Positions 1 through 9,257 of a stretch of DNA of 50,530 bases are shown here, in pieces. Numbering within the stretch: the first letter of the stretch is position 1; the number at the start of each line of letters is the position of its first letter. The notes under the pieces are model-generated. The model worked only from the letters and a program-made list of their open reading frames with translations. It ran no database searches and had not been told where the DNA came from. Source of the stretch: Candidatus Hadarchaeum sp. (GTDB lineage Archaea; Hadarchaeota; Hadarchaeia; Hadarchaeales; Hadarchaeaceae); assembly GCF_049969415.1 (NCBI RefSeq), contig NZ_JBMFOX010000007.1, forward strand, positions 1 through 50,530, written 5' to 3'. The position numbers were made by a program, and so were the translations under genes.

Positions 1-2
1 CT

Positions 3-428
3 GCTTATTTCAAACACGTTGTCTCAGCCGCCCACGGTATTTTACGCCAGCTGAAGCTCACGCCGCAGGACTTTTCCTATGCGGTTTTTCATCAACCCAA
101 TGGAAAGTTTCCCTGCCAGGTGGCCGAGGAGCTCGGTTTTTCTAGGGCACAGATCGCCTGCGGCCTGGTGGCACCAAAAATCGGCAACACCTATTCCGGG
201 TCCGCAATGATAGGTCTGGCGGCTGTTTTGGACAAGGCCAAGCCCGGCGAAAGGATTTTGGTCGTTTCGTATGGTTCAGGCGCCGGAAGCGATGCCTTTA
301 GTATTAAGGTTAAAGAAGCGATAGAGGAAAAGCGGGACTTGGCGCCTAAGGTGGAAGAATTTCTCAACAGCAAGATTTACGTTGATTACTCGACGTATGT
401 CAAGTACAAGAGGCTTTTGGTGAAATAA
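3..428 (+). CDS. Hydroxymethylglutaryl-CoA synthase, C-terminal part (5' end outside the window)
   Basis: Frame is open from position 3: AYFKH...FHQPNGKFP...IGNTYSGS...SYGSGAGSD, typical of archaeal HMGS. Stop overlaps the thiolase start. Confidence 0.93.
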   Translation, partial: AYFKHVVSAAHGILRQLKLTPQDFSYAVFHQPNGKFPCQVAEELGFSRAQIACGLVAPKIGNTYSGSAMIGLAAVLDKAKPGERILVVSYGSGAGSDAFSIKVKEAIEEKRDLAPKVEEFLNSKIYVDYSTYVKYKRLLVK

Positions 429-1591
429 TGCGTGATGTGGCCATCATTGGTGTTGGTATAACCAAGTTCGGTGAGCTCTGGGATCTTTCTTTCCGGCAGA
501 TGATCATAGAAGCTGGCGCGCGCGCGTTGGAAGATGCCGGTATCGACGGCAAGCAGATAGATGCCATGTATGTTGGAAACATGTCTTCAGGACAGTTCAT
601 ATGTCAGGAGCACATAGCTTCGTTGATTGCCGACCATGCCGGCTTAGCGCCGATACCAGCTACCAGGGTGGAGGCGGCCTGCGCCTCTGGCGGCCTAGCG
701 CTGCGGCAGGCGGTCATCTCGGTAGCCTCGGGAGTTCATGATTATGTCGTGGCGGCGGGTATCGAGAAGATGACCGATGTCCTGTCGGAGCAGGCAACCG
801 GTGCTTTGGCCACGGCGGCCGACCAGGAGTGGGAGGTCTCCGCCGGGGCGACCTTCCCCGGCCTTTACGCATTGATGGCCCGGCGTCATATGTATGAGTT
901 TGGCACGACCGAGGAACAGATGGCTATGGTAGCAGTCAAGAATCACAACAATGCCTGTATGAATCCCTGCGCCCAGTATCACATGAGGATTACTGTTGAT
1001 AACGTTCTGAGATCACCGCCTGTGGTTCTCCCGCTAAAGCTTTTGGATTGCTCGCCGATTACCGACGGTGCCGCCTGCGTGATTGTGGCTCCAGCTGAAA
1101 AGGCGCGGAAGATGGATAGGGTGCCTGTGCACGTCATCGGCACTGGGCAGGCCAGTGACACGATATCCCTCCACAGCCGGCCATCCCTCACCGGTCTGAG
1201 GGCGACGACTGAGGCGGCTAGGATGGCTTATAAAATGGCCCGGATTGGTCCCGAGGATGTTGATGTGGCGGAGGTCCACGACTGCTTCACCATCGCCGAG
1301 ATTATGGCGATTGAGGATCTCGGTTTCTGCAAGAAAGGTGAAGGTGGAAAACTTACTGAAGAGGGACAGACTGAGATAGGCGGAAAGATTCCGATAAACA
1401 CCAGCGGGGGCCTCAAGGGCAAAGGTCATCCGGTTGGAGCCACAGGAATTGCCCAGGTTGTGGAGATAGTTCAACAGCTGCGCGGGGAAGCGGGCAAGCG
1501 GCAGGTCAAGGGGGCCGAGATCGGGCTGACGCACAACGTGGGCGGGACTGGAGGCACCGCAGTGGTTCATATCTTCAAAAGGGGTGATTGA
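428..1591 (+). CDS. Acetoacetyl-CoA thiolase (archaeal)
   Basis: VEAACASG catalytic Cys, [22 protein letters not shown]. Lies between HMGS and DUF35. Confidence 0.95.
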   Translation: MRDVAIIGVGITKFGELWDLSFRQMIIEAGARALEDAGIDGKQIDAMYVGNMSSGQFICQEHIASLIADHAGLAPIPATRVEAACASGGLALRQAVISVASGVHDYVVAAGIEKMTDVLSEQATGALATAADQEWEVSAGATFPGLYALMARRHMYEFGTTEEQMAMVAVKNHNNACMNPCAQYHMRITVDNVLRSPPVVLPLKLLDCSPITDGAACVIVAPAEKARKMDRVPVHVIGTGQASDTISLHSRPSLTGLRATTEAARMAYKMARIGPEDVDVAEVHDCFTIAEIMAIEDLGFCKKGEGGKLTEEGQTEIGGKIPINTSGGLKGKGHPVGATGIAQVVEIVQQLRGEAGKRQVKGAEIGLTHNVGGTGGTAVVHIFKRGD

Positions 1592-1984
1592 ATGGCCGTG
1601 CCGCGCTTCTGGAGGGAAATTCCTAATCGATACAATCTCATCGGCACCAAATGCGGCAACTGCAACAAGGTCTTTTTTCCACCGCGCTTCATCTGCCCGC
1701 AGTGCCGGAGGATGGGTAAGCTTGAGCCCTACAAGCTGAGCCGCCGGGGCAGGATTATCTCCTACGGGGTGGTACATGTGGCTCAAGAGGGGTTCGAGGA
1801 TCAAGTCCCTTATGTTCTGGCCATCGTCGAGCTTGAGGATGGGCCCCGGCTTACGACGCAGGTGGTCGACTGTGATCCTAATGAAGTTAAAATAGGTGAT
1901 GAAGTGGAAATGGTTTTCCGACGCATCGGCTCAGATAACGAGGATGGGGTCATTTACTACGGGTTCAAGTTCCGGAAGGTCTGA
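1592..1984 (+). CDS. DUF35 Zn-ribbon/OB-fold scaffold of the thiolase-HMGS complex
   Basis: CxxC...PPR..CxxC Zn ribbon, PYVLAIVELEDG, YGFKF. Conserved archaeal trio. Confidence 0.93.
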   Translation: MAVPRFWREIPNRYNLIGTKCGNCNKVFFPPRFICPQCRRMGKLEPYKLSRRGRIISYGVVHVAQEGFEDQVPYVLAIVELEDGPRLTTQVVDCDPNEVKIGDEVEMVFRRIGSDNEDGVIYYGFKFRKV

Positions 1985-2022
1985 TGTGTTTTAATCAGTC
2001 TTGAAGTGCGGTTTCAACTCTT

Positions 2023-2778
2023 TCAGAGACGCCTAGCGAAGGTTAGGTAGCCGGTGTGGGCGATCATGCGCGTGCTCGGCCTCGTGCAGTTTGCCCTAAC
2101 TTCAATTTCCCTAACAAGGCATTCAATGGTGCTAATGTTGGTGAAGCTAAATTTGCCAAATTCTCGATATAGCCTTTGCAGGTGTTCCACGCAGGGTGTG
2201 AAAACGGCGAGATATCCTCCCGGTTTCAGGGCTTGCTGGGCATGGGGGAGAACCAGCTCCGGCTGCGGCAGATCTAAGGTAATCAAGTCCAACCCCGTTT
2301 CATCAATGCTTTGGTAGATATCCTTGTTTTTTACTTTCACGATGTCGTCGAGCCCGGCCATTCTTATGTTTTCTTCGGCTATTTTAGCGAAATCTTCACG
2401 CACCTCATAGCTTATCACCCACCCGGTTGGCCTCACCAAGTTACCTAAGAAGATGGCCAAGGCACCCGAACCGGCTCCAGCGTCAACAACCCGGCTGCCC
2501 GGACCAACGCCAGTGTGGGCGACTATCTGTCCAGCATCCTTGGGCAGCATTATCTGGGGAACTCGGTGGAGTTTATGCAGGTAATCGACGATGGCGGGCC
2601 GGAGCAAAACGAAATCCTTGCCCAAGTGGGATTTTATCCTTGCTCCCGGTTCTTTCCCGATTGTCTCGGCTAAATCCACCACTCCGAACTTTGTGTGGAG
2701 TTTTTTCTGGGCAGCCTGGACTAAATACCTCCTGCCCTCTTCGTCGATCAGGATTATTCGCTCGCCGTCAGATATCAT
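2023..2778 (-). CDS. trmI: tRNA (adenine-N1) methyltransferase TrmI
   Basis: PQIMLPKD, DAGAGSGAL SAM motif, LDLPQP, RPSTRMIAHTGYL. Confidence 0.93.
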   Translation of the reverse strand: MISDGERIILIDEEGRRYLVQAAQKKLHTKFGVVDLAETIGKEPGARIKSHLGKDFVLLRPAIVDYLHKLHRVPQIMLPKDAGQIVAHTGVGPGSRVVDAGAGSGALAIFLGNLVRPTGWVISYEVREDFAKIAEENIRMAGLDDIVKVKNKDIYQSIDETGLDLITLDLPQPELVLPHAQQALKPGGYLAVFTPCVEHLQRLYREFGKFSFTNISTIECLVREIEVRANCTRPSTRMIAHTGYLTFARRL

Positions 2779-2886
2779 ATGACTTCAAAGAAACTGTTTC
2801 CTTTTTAATTGTTAATGTTTTCTAATCTTGAGCATTTTTGCTGGGATAGTTTTAGCCGGATAAGCCAAGTCTTTAAATAAGATGTG

Positions 2887-4200
2887 TTAAGGTGTCAATC
2901 TTTTTCTGTCTCGGGGAAACAGCACCACTTCACGGATGTTTTCGGCTCCGGTGAGGACCATCGTCAACCGGTCCAGACCAAGCCCGAAACCGGCATGCGG
3001 AGGCAGGCCATAGCGATAGTTTAAGAGATGGGACGCGAAGTTTTCCGGGTTCAATCCTTTTAGCCCCATCTGTTTCACCAGCATTTCCTCAGAGTGAATG
3101 CGTGTCCCTCCGGAGGCTAGTTCCAGTTCTCCGTACATCAGGTCAAAGGCGTCACTAAGTTTATCCCCTTTGGGAAAAGTGTAGAATGGTTTCACCTCGA
3201 GCGGCCAATCGACGATGAAAAAGGCGCCCCCGAGGATTTCCGCCAGCTTCTTCTCAGCAGGCGTGGGCAGATCCTCACCCCAGTTTAACAGCACCCCTGC
3301 GGCGTTTAGCTTCTCGATTGCCTCATCGTAGGTTATCCGTGGAAACGGTCTTTTAGGAACTTCGAGATCATGATGAAGCACCTGAAGCTCCTCAGCACAG
3401 TTTCTCTTCACGCTGTCAAAAGCCCTCCAGACAAGTTCCTCAAGTATTTTCATGACATCGTCTGCGGTCATGTACGCCGCCTCGATGTCTATCGAAGTTG
3501 CCTCGTTCAGGTGTCTCGGTGTATCGTGTTCCTCGGCTCGGAAAATTGGTCCAACTTCAAAAACCCGGTCGAAGGCCCCCGTGAGCACCTCTTTGTAGAG
3601 CTGGGGGCTCTGGCTCAGGAAGGCCTCCTTTTCAAAGTAAGAGATGGGAAAAAGAGCGGCGCCGCTCTCAGTTGCCGTAGCCACGATTTTCGGCGTCTGC
3701 ACTTCGATGAATTCTTGCGATATTAAATATTCCCGGATCGACTGCAGCGCTTGGTTGCGGATTTTGAATATGGCGATTGATTCTGCCCGGCGCAGGTCGA
3801 GACCCCGAGCATCGAGTCGGGTATCTAAGTTGGCCTTTACTTTACCGCTTGGATCTAATGGTAAAGGCGTTGAGGCCAAGTTTAATATCCTTATTTCAGA
3901 TGGTAGTACCTCAACACCACGGGGGGCTTGTTTTGCCCTCACCACTTTCCCTCTGACGGCAACCGAGGACTCTTGGGTCAGGGCGTCCAATTTGGTCAGG
4001 GTTTTGAGATCAGTTTTTTTTCGTGGGGCAGTAATCTGAATTGAGCCACTGATGTCGTGCAGGATGAAGAATTTAATTCCACCCAAGTCGCGGATGTCTC
4101 CAACTCTCCCCATCAGGATGACTTCTTGTCCATCGAGTTTTTCGGTTATTTCTCGGGATTTATGAGTGCGCCGCCATGTGCCAAGATCATCGAGCTGCAT
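2887..4200 (-). CDS. aspS: Aspartyl-tRNA synthetase, archaeal type, probably non-discriminating
   Basis: OB-fold start (RRTH...RDLGG), LSQSPQLYK, FRAEEHDTPRHLNE, PPHAGFGLGLDRL, LFPRDRKRLTP. Confidence 0.96.
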   Translation of the reverse strand: MQLDDLGTWRRTHKSREITEKLDGQEVILMGRVGDIRDLGGIKFFILHDISGSIQITAPRKKTDLKTLTKLDALTQESSVAVRGKVVRAKQAPRGVEVLPSEIRILNLASTPLPLDPSGKVKANLDTRLDARGLDLRRAESIAIFKIRNQALQSIREYLISQEFIEVQTPKIVATATESGAALFPISYFEKEAFLSQSPQLYKEVLTGAFDRVFEVGPIFRAEEHDTPRHLNEATSIDIEAAYMTADDVMKILEELVWRAFDSVKRNCAEELQVLHHDLEVPKRPFPRITYDEAIEKLNAAGVLLNWGEDLPTPAEKKLAEILGGAFFIVDWPLEVKPFYTFPKGDKLSDAFDLMYGELELASGGTRIHSEEMLVKQMGLKGLNPENFASHLLNYRYGLPPHAGFGLGLDRLTMVLTGAENIREVVLFPRDRKRLTP

Positions 4201-4207
4201 AAAATCA

Positions 4208-4720
4208 CTACTCGAATATTATGGTGTAGTTTTTATTAGTTAACTTGCTCAAGGCGGCCTCCAGTTTTTCCTTGTGTCTGGGCAATCGCCTCGCGTGTTG
4301 GCGAGGCACTCTGATCCTGTATTCGTCACCTGATTTGGTGTAGAGTATGTTAATTCCAAGAACATCGGCAGGGGTTAAAAGGTCCTGAATGAGTTTTTTC
4401 TCAGTAGAGCCTTCCTCGACTATGCGGACTTTGCTTTTCAAAATGTTTTCGAGTTCTTGGACGATTCTACCCCTCCTGCCGATGAGGAGAGGGATTTGTC
4501 CCGCCCCGACTACTAAAATGACTAGCCCATCCACATCGACCGCGCGTTTAAAAATGAGCTGGTCCAATTCCTTATGTTTTTTTGAAAGCTCAAAAAGTGC
4601 CAGCGAGATATTAAGCTCTAATTTTGATATTTTTCCTTCCTGAAGCTTTTGACTGCAGCCTTGGCAGAGTATGCCGCTCTTTAGACATATCTTGCAAATC
4701 GGCGTCTGCAAGCTAATCAA
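4208..4720 (-). CDS. Archaeal NusA-like KH-domain protein with N-terminal Zn finger
   Basis: PICKICLKSGILCQGC and KH motif LIGRRG. Confidence 0.85.
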   Translation of the reverse strand: MISLQTPICKICLKSGILCQGCSQKLQEGKISKLELNISLALFELSKKHKELDQLIFKRAVDVDGLVILVVGAGQIPLLIGRRGRIVQELENILKSKVRIVEEGSTEKKLIQDLLTPADVLGINILYTKSGDEYRIRVPRQHARRLPRHKEKLEAALSKLTNKNYTIIFE

Positions 4721-4786
4721 TAGTCATTAGTCTCCTTACCTTTTAAGTTAACCCGAATGAAACGCTCAGAGCTGGAGAAAATTGGA

Positions 4787-4800
4787 CAAAAAAATAAAAA
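4787..4800 (-). terminator. Oligo-T terminator after alba
   Basis: TTTTTATTTTTTT on the minus strand shortly after the alba stop. Confidence 0.5.
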
Positions 4801-4814
4801 GGCACGGAAAGAGT

Positions 4815-5102
4815 TCATTGCCCCTTTCCGAGCACTATTTCTATAGTCGAAACGTTTGTGGTACCGCCTTCCGCCTGCATCGTTTCGGTTCCTATTGAAA
4901 TGTTTCGAACCACCATGTTGGGCAAAAATCTGTTTCTGACGATCTCTGCGACATCGACTGCCCTGCTAATCGCTTTACCTCGTGCCTTGAGGGTAATTTC
5001 GTTGATGCCCTGATTGAACTGCGTAATCACTGCCAAGACATAGTTCATCACTGGTTTCACTCCAATAAAAACCACATTTTCGGCGGTCTTTTGTTCTGCC
5101 AT
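4815..5102 (-). CDS. albA: DNA/RNA-binding protein Alba
   Basis: [46 protein letters not shown] at 5102 is preceded by GGAGG. Confidence 0.96.
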   Translation of the reverse strand: MAEQKTAENVVFIGVKPVMNYVLAVITQFNQGINEITLKARGKAISRAVDVAEIVRNRFLPNMVVRNISIGTETMQAEGGTTNVSTIEIVLGKGQ

Positions 5103-5190
5103 AGTTTCTTGCCTCCTTTGTTTATTTGTAGTTTTTTCTCGTTTCGGAACCAATAAATACCTTTCGATTTCAGCCCCGCCGTTTTGGTGT

Positions 5191-5592
5191 CTAGCCACGT
5201 AGATTCCTAACCAGCTGGACCATCCGGCGCTCAATTCTGTCTCTAATTTCCTCCACATTTCCGGTTCCCTTTGCCAGCTCGTTGTAGTCTATGAGATCGT
5301 CGATTAAGATTTCCGCAGTCTCTCTGTCTAGAATTCCAGAGTAAATGGCCAGTTCTATGGTGTAAAATGAGCGCATTATGGCATTTTTTCCTTTTTTCCA
5401 CCTTTTCCAGGCTCCAGAACGGTTTATTTTGAGTTTTTTGCCAATATCTTCAAAAGTTGGGTTCTCGGACCAATAATAAAGAAGCATCGCTTTCAAGGTT
5501 TTTTCGTCCAAATGTGACCGCTCCAACAGGACTTTTGCCAGAAGGTTGTCGCGGAGCCAATCCCCTGCTCGCGGCGTTTTACCGGCTTCCAT
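5191..5592 (-). CDS. Uncharacterised archaeal HTH DNA-binding protein (sigma70-r4/Tfx-like HTH)
   Basis: [25 protein letters not shown] pattern. Start uncertain (5592 or 5628). Confidence 0.7.
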   Translation of the reverse strand: MEAGKTPRAGDWLRDNLLAKVLLERSHLDEKTLKAMLLYYWSENPTFEDIGKKLKINRSGAWKRWKKGKNAIMRSFYTIELAIYSGILDRETAEILIDDLIDYNELAKGTGNVEEIRDRIERRMVQLVRNLRG

Positions 5593-5661
5593 GGAACTCG
5601 TCTCCTTGTTTCCTATTTTGGGAAACAAAGATAAATAGTTGTGCTCAGGAGTTTACCTAGG

Positions 5662-6531
5662 TTATCCGAACAGACGCCTCCAAAAAGAAACCTTGTTCGC
5701 TTTTTTCACCACACGTTCGTCGATCGGTACATCTAAAGCCGCGGCTAGGTGGAGGGCCTTGTCGGCGACCTTGAGAGCCAGCCTTGGGTTGCCTTTGCTC
5801 AGCTTGTAAATCGCGTCAAAGCCGTCAGGAGTTATCAAAGCATCGTAATTCAGGCATCCGGCGCTCTTCAATCTTAGCTTTAACAGGTCTTTTATTGTTT
5901 CTTTGCTCATTGGCTCAAGCTCCACGTATAATTGAACTCGGTCTCTCAGCGATGGAACTTTGTCCAAAAACCGCTGCATTTGATTTTTTTCCCCGTTGAT
6001 CAGAATAGAGATGTTCGGAATGTCTGAAAGCACGCGCAAAAACTCACCTATTTCAAGCACGTTGGCGCCACTCTCAGGAATGTCGTCGATGATGATGATC
6101 AGGCGTTCTTGATGGTCGTGATGCCATCTTCTCAAAACGTCAAAAAGGCTCGCGTCGTCTTTGTCTACTGGCATTTCCAGCGCGAGCAATATTGCCCTAA
6201 TAATCTCTCCAGATGACTTGTAAGCGGCTCCGTGGACGAGAATAGGTATGGTTTGTTTGGAAGGATCTGTCATTGATAGGCTTTCCTCCCTTAATGCGGA
6301 GACAAGAAACTCACACAGCGTAGTCTTTCCCATCCCTAAATCTCCGGTGAGGACACCAACTTTGCCTTCCAAAAGCAATTGTTTGATTTTTCGGATATCT
6401 TCTTGCTGTGATGGAGCAAAAGCGTCAATTGAAGGCATTTCAAAGCTAAAAGGGTCTTTTTTTAGCCCCCAACGTTGAATAAAGGCTTCAAAACGTTGAT
6501 CTTTTCCAATTTTTTCATCAAATGTAGTCAT
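5662..6531 (-). CDS. ExeA/GspA-like (AAA_22-type) AAA+ ATPase with C-terminal amphipathic helix
   Basis: WGLKKDPF N-terminus, Walker [10 protein letters not shown], Walker B IIIIDD, Arg finger LRDRV, sensor II GNPR. Ends [10 protein letters not shown]. Confidence 0.85.
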   Translation of the reverse strand: MTTFDEKIGKDQRFEAFIQRWGLKKDPFSFEMPSIDAFAPSQQEDIRKIKQLLLEGKVGVLTGDLGMGKTTLCEFLVSALREESLSMTDPSKQTIPILVHGAAYKSSGEIIRAILLALEMPVDKDDASLFDVLRRWHHDHQERLIIIIDDIPESGANVLEIGEFLRVLSDIPNISILINGEKNQMQRFLDKVPSLRDRVQLYVELEPMSKETIKDLLKLRLKSAGCLNYDALITPDGFDAIYKLSKGNPRLALKVADKALHLAAALDVPIDERVVKKANKVSFWRRLFG

Positions 6532-7115
6532 TTAATAACCTCAACCTGCATCTCAAAAATTCCGTTTTTCTCGATCACGTAGCCTAGCGAGAGCATGCGC
6601 TGGCAGAACAAGTTGGCTACGTTCTCAGGGCAACGGGCCCTGGCGGAGAGATCTTTACTGGTAAATTTTTTTAGAAGAACAGCCGCGGACAAAAGGTCGC
6701 CGAAAGCCGAGCGGATAGCCAACCCTGGCGGTTCCAGAGCGTCAAGTATCGCATAACGCGTTAATTCTTTTGGTTTGCTGAGTTTTTCAATAATTTCTGG
6801 CTTCGGTGCTACCGGTGCGGTTGGTTCAATTTTAGGTGTCTCATCTATTTTTGCTTTTTCAATCTTTTCATTTTCTGGAGGTATTTTTTCCTTTTTTAGT
6901 TCAATTTCGGCCGTTTTAACTTTTATTTCTTCTTTTTCCGCGCTTAAAGGAGTTATTTTTCCAATAATTCTTAAAATTTCGCTTTCAGGTATAAGACGCC
7001 TGTTACCTGGAGTGCGGATACATTTAATTTTTCCTTGTTTATCCCATCTCTGTAGGGTTTTGGTACACACCCTGAGGATCTCTCTGGCTTCTTTTAAAGT
7101 GTACATCCTTTCCAT
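6528..7115 (-). CDS. MerR/BldC/IS607-type HTH + charged Pro-rich linker + putative winged-helix protein
   Basis: [39 protein letters not shown]; E/K/P-rich linker; C-terminal [33 protein letters not shown] wH-like pattern. ATGA overlap with the ATPase. Confidence 0.8.
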   Translation of the reverse strand: MERMYTLKEAREILRVCTKTLQRWDKQGKIKCIRTPGNRRLIPESEILRIIGKITPLSAEKEEIKVKTAEIELKKEKIPPENEKIEKAKIDETPKIEPTAPVAPKPEIIEKLSKPKELTRYAILDALEPPGLAIRSAFGDLLSAAVLLKKFTSKDLSARARCPENVANLFCQRMLSLGYVIEKNGIFEMQVEVIK

Positions 7116-7144
7116 ATGTCCACAATTGTCAATTTATGTCCAAT

Positions 7145-7157
7145 TATTTAAGCTTAA
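7145..7157 (-). promoter_or_regulatory. Putative TATA box of the HTH-ATPase operon
   Basis: TTAAGCTTAAATA about 30 nt upstream of ATG 7115, flanked by TGTC repeats. Confidence 0.5.
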
Positions 7158-7306
7158 TTGTGATTGTCTATATTTGTCCACATCTTAAAAAAAGCATAGT
7201 CCATATTTTTTGAAAATTAAGCGATTGTTATACACTTCTTACAAGCGTTAAAGTGGCCCTATAACGCGTTTAATTAGCGATTTTCCAAATATTCTGTTAA
7301 TTTTTT

Positions 7307-7338
7307 AAATGTGAGATATCGATCGAACACTCACATTT
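7307..7338. promoter_or_regulatory. Inverted repeat AAATGTGAG-N14-CTCACATTT
   Basis: Perfect 9-bp arms at 7307-7315 and 7330-7338. Confidence 0.5.
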
Positions 7339-7435
7339 TTTATCTGTCCACATTTGTCTATTGTCTACTTATGCGTACATTTTTCCAACTGTATACCTTT
7401 TTCTATTTTTGTCTTTTTTTGTCATCAAATGTATG

Positions 7436-8449
7436 CTAACATATTCTTGGAGCTGGGTCACCTAGAGGAGGTTCCAACAATCTTTTTCCACCAACAACGG
7501 TTTCGATAATTACATTGCCAGAATATTTGTCGATTACTTCACCAATTATTTTAGCATTTTTCCCATACTTTGTTTTTTTAATGGCTTCAAGTACCAACTC
7601 GCATTTATCGGGTTCGACAGCCATGACTGCTTTTCCTTCATTGGTAATTTGAAGAGGGTCTATACCCAGCATTTCGCTAGCGGCCCTAACAGAATTTAAA
7701 ATTGGAATTTCACTTTCCTTGATGAGTATGCCTACATGCGCCTTTTCGGCCATTTCATTTAGAGCCGCGTTAAGCCCGCCTCTGGTGGGATCTTTCATAG
7801 CAGTTACTCCACCAACTTTCAGCGCGGCCGCAACGGTTTCCCATAAAGGCGCAACATCCGACACCAAATCCGCCGCCAGCCCGATTCCTTCTCTATGGGC
7901 GAGGATGGTCATGCCGTGATCACCGATGGTGCCAGTAACGATGATTTTGTCCCCGGGCTTAAGTCCCCGGTCAGTGATAATTTTTTCAGCCAATCCAACG
8001 CCGGTGGTGGTTATAATCACTCCATCAAGAGCGCCCTTTTCCATGACTTTAAAATCACCGGTAATTAACGGGCAGCCAACCTCTTGGGAGGTTAGGTTCA
8101 TTGAGCGAAAGATTCTTTCTAAGTCGGCGATGGGGAAACCTTCTTCAACCACCAACGCGCAGGCCATGGCCAGCGGCCGTCCTCCCATCATCGCCATGTC
8201 GTTGATCGTTCCCGATACCGAGAGCCTGCCGATATCACCTCCAGGAAAGAACAGGGGCTTTACCGTGTGCGAATCGGTGGTCAATACCAAGGTTTTATCC
8301 CCGATAGAAATGCTGGCCCCGTCGTCAAGGGCGTCCAGACCCACCTCTCCTGCGCTTTTAAGGTCGATTTCCTTCAAAATGATGTCCTTTATAAGATCCA
8401 TCATAATTTTACCGCCGGCTCCGTGAGAAAGGGTAATCCTTTCAGACAT
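7436..8449 (-). CDS. hypE: Hydrogenase maturation factor HypE
   Basis: ITLSHGAGG, TTDSHTVKPLFFPGGDIG, MKDPTRGG, C-terminal PRIC. GGTGA SD before ATG 8449. Confidence 0.96.
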   Translation of the reverse strand: MSERITLSHGAGGKIMMDLIKDIILKEIDLKSAGEVGLDALDDGASISIGDKTLVLTTDSHTVKPLFFPGGDIGRLSVSGTINDMAMMGGRPLAMACALVVEEGFPIADLERIFRSMNLTSQEVGCPLITGDFKVMEKGALDGVIITTTGVGLAEKIITDRGLKPGDKIIVTGTIGDHGMTILAHREGIGLAADLVSDVAPLWETVAAALKVGGVTAMKDPTRGGLNAALNEMAEKAHVGILIKESEIPILNSVRAASEMLGIDPLQITNEGKAVMAVEPDKCELVLEAIKKTKYGKNAKIIGEVIDKYSGNVIIETVVGGKRLLEPPLGDPAPRIC

Positions 8450-8563
8450 ACGGTCACCACAATACCCGACCACGGTTATTTTTAAATCCAGGCATGGTCA
8501 ACCTAGACATCCTTTAAGCAGCTATAATTAAGCCTTTCAGGTACAATTCGTTTTTGGTTCGAT

Positions 8564-9253
8564 ATGTTGCCAAGGTTCGATTTCCACACCCATACCCGTT
8601 ACTCTGACGGCACCTCTAGCCATGCTGAGATTGTCGAGGCAGCGGTGGTTCGGGGGCTGGAGGCTCTGGCCTTCACTGACCATGGTCCGGAACTGAAGGT
8701 GGGTGTGGCTAAGGAGAAAATGTCGCAGATGCTTGAGGATATAAAAATGGTGGAGGAGGAGGCTGAGATACCGGTGTTGGCCGGAATTGAAGCCAACGTA
8801 ATTAGCCGATACGGTGTTTTGGATGTGGAGGAGGAATTCATCAAAAAAATTGATTTGGTTTCCATAGGGATTCACGATATGGAGGAGATTTACCTCAGCG
8901 ATGAGGCGCACGAATACCTATCCCGTGCCGTTCGCGCAATAGAGCGACAGAGGGTTGATGTCTTCTGCCACCCCTTTTTCTACAATGTTGACTTGCTACC
9001 GTGTCTTTCTTGGGATGAGATCGAGGATTTTGTTGATCTGGCCGCGGAAAAGGACGTGGCTATGGAAGTCAACGTTAAATACAGAGTCCCCAGTGATGAT
9101 TTCATCAGTTTGTGCCTTAAAAAGGGGGTAAAGCTCAGCATAGGCTCAGATGCACATCGCGCTTCAGAAGTCGGAAAGATCGATTGGGCACTTTCAGCCC
9201 TCAAGCGTGTTGGGGCCAAAAGTGAGGATTTGATTTTCGATAATTTCCGGTGA
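8564..9253 (+). CDS. PHP-family metal-dependent phosphoesterase
   Basis: DFHTHTRYSDG, FTDH, GIEAN, HP, GSDAH. Confidence 0.9.
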   Translation: MLPRFDFHTHTRYSDGTSSHAEIVEAAVVRGLEALAFTDHGPELKVGVAKEKMSQMLEDIKMVEEEAEIPVLAGIEANVISRYGVLDVEEEFIKKIDLVSIGIHDMEEIYLSDEAHEYLSRAVRAIERQRVDVFCHPFFYNVDLLPCLSWDEIEDFVDLAAEKDVAMEVNVKYRVPSDDFISLCLKKGVKLSIGSDAHRASEVGKIDWALSALKRVGAKSEDLIFDNFR

Positions 9254-9257
9254 AAAA

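Larger units (their letters stand above)
7117..7423 (+). repeat. Array of ten direct TGTC(C/T/A) repeats, mostly phased at 10 bp, in an AT-rich intergenic region
   Basis: TGTC starts at 7117, 7127, 7137; 7165, 7175; 7345, 7355, 7362; 7410, 7420. TGTCCACA occurs three times (7117, 7175, 7345). Confidence 0.75.

Noticed and set aside
4815-5258. 147-aa extended Alba ORF
   Set aside because: The extension overlaps the upstream gene. The SD and family length support ATG 5102.
5662-6531. Orc1/Cdc6 or secretion-system ExeA call
   Set aside because: No C-terminal winged helix, no ORB-like G-string boxes seen, and no TM segment or secretion genes nearby.
6528-7430. Intact IS607-family element
   Set aside because: Only the HTH resembles TnpA. 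There is no serine-recombinase catalytic domain and no tnpB.
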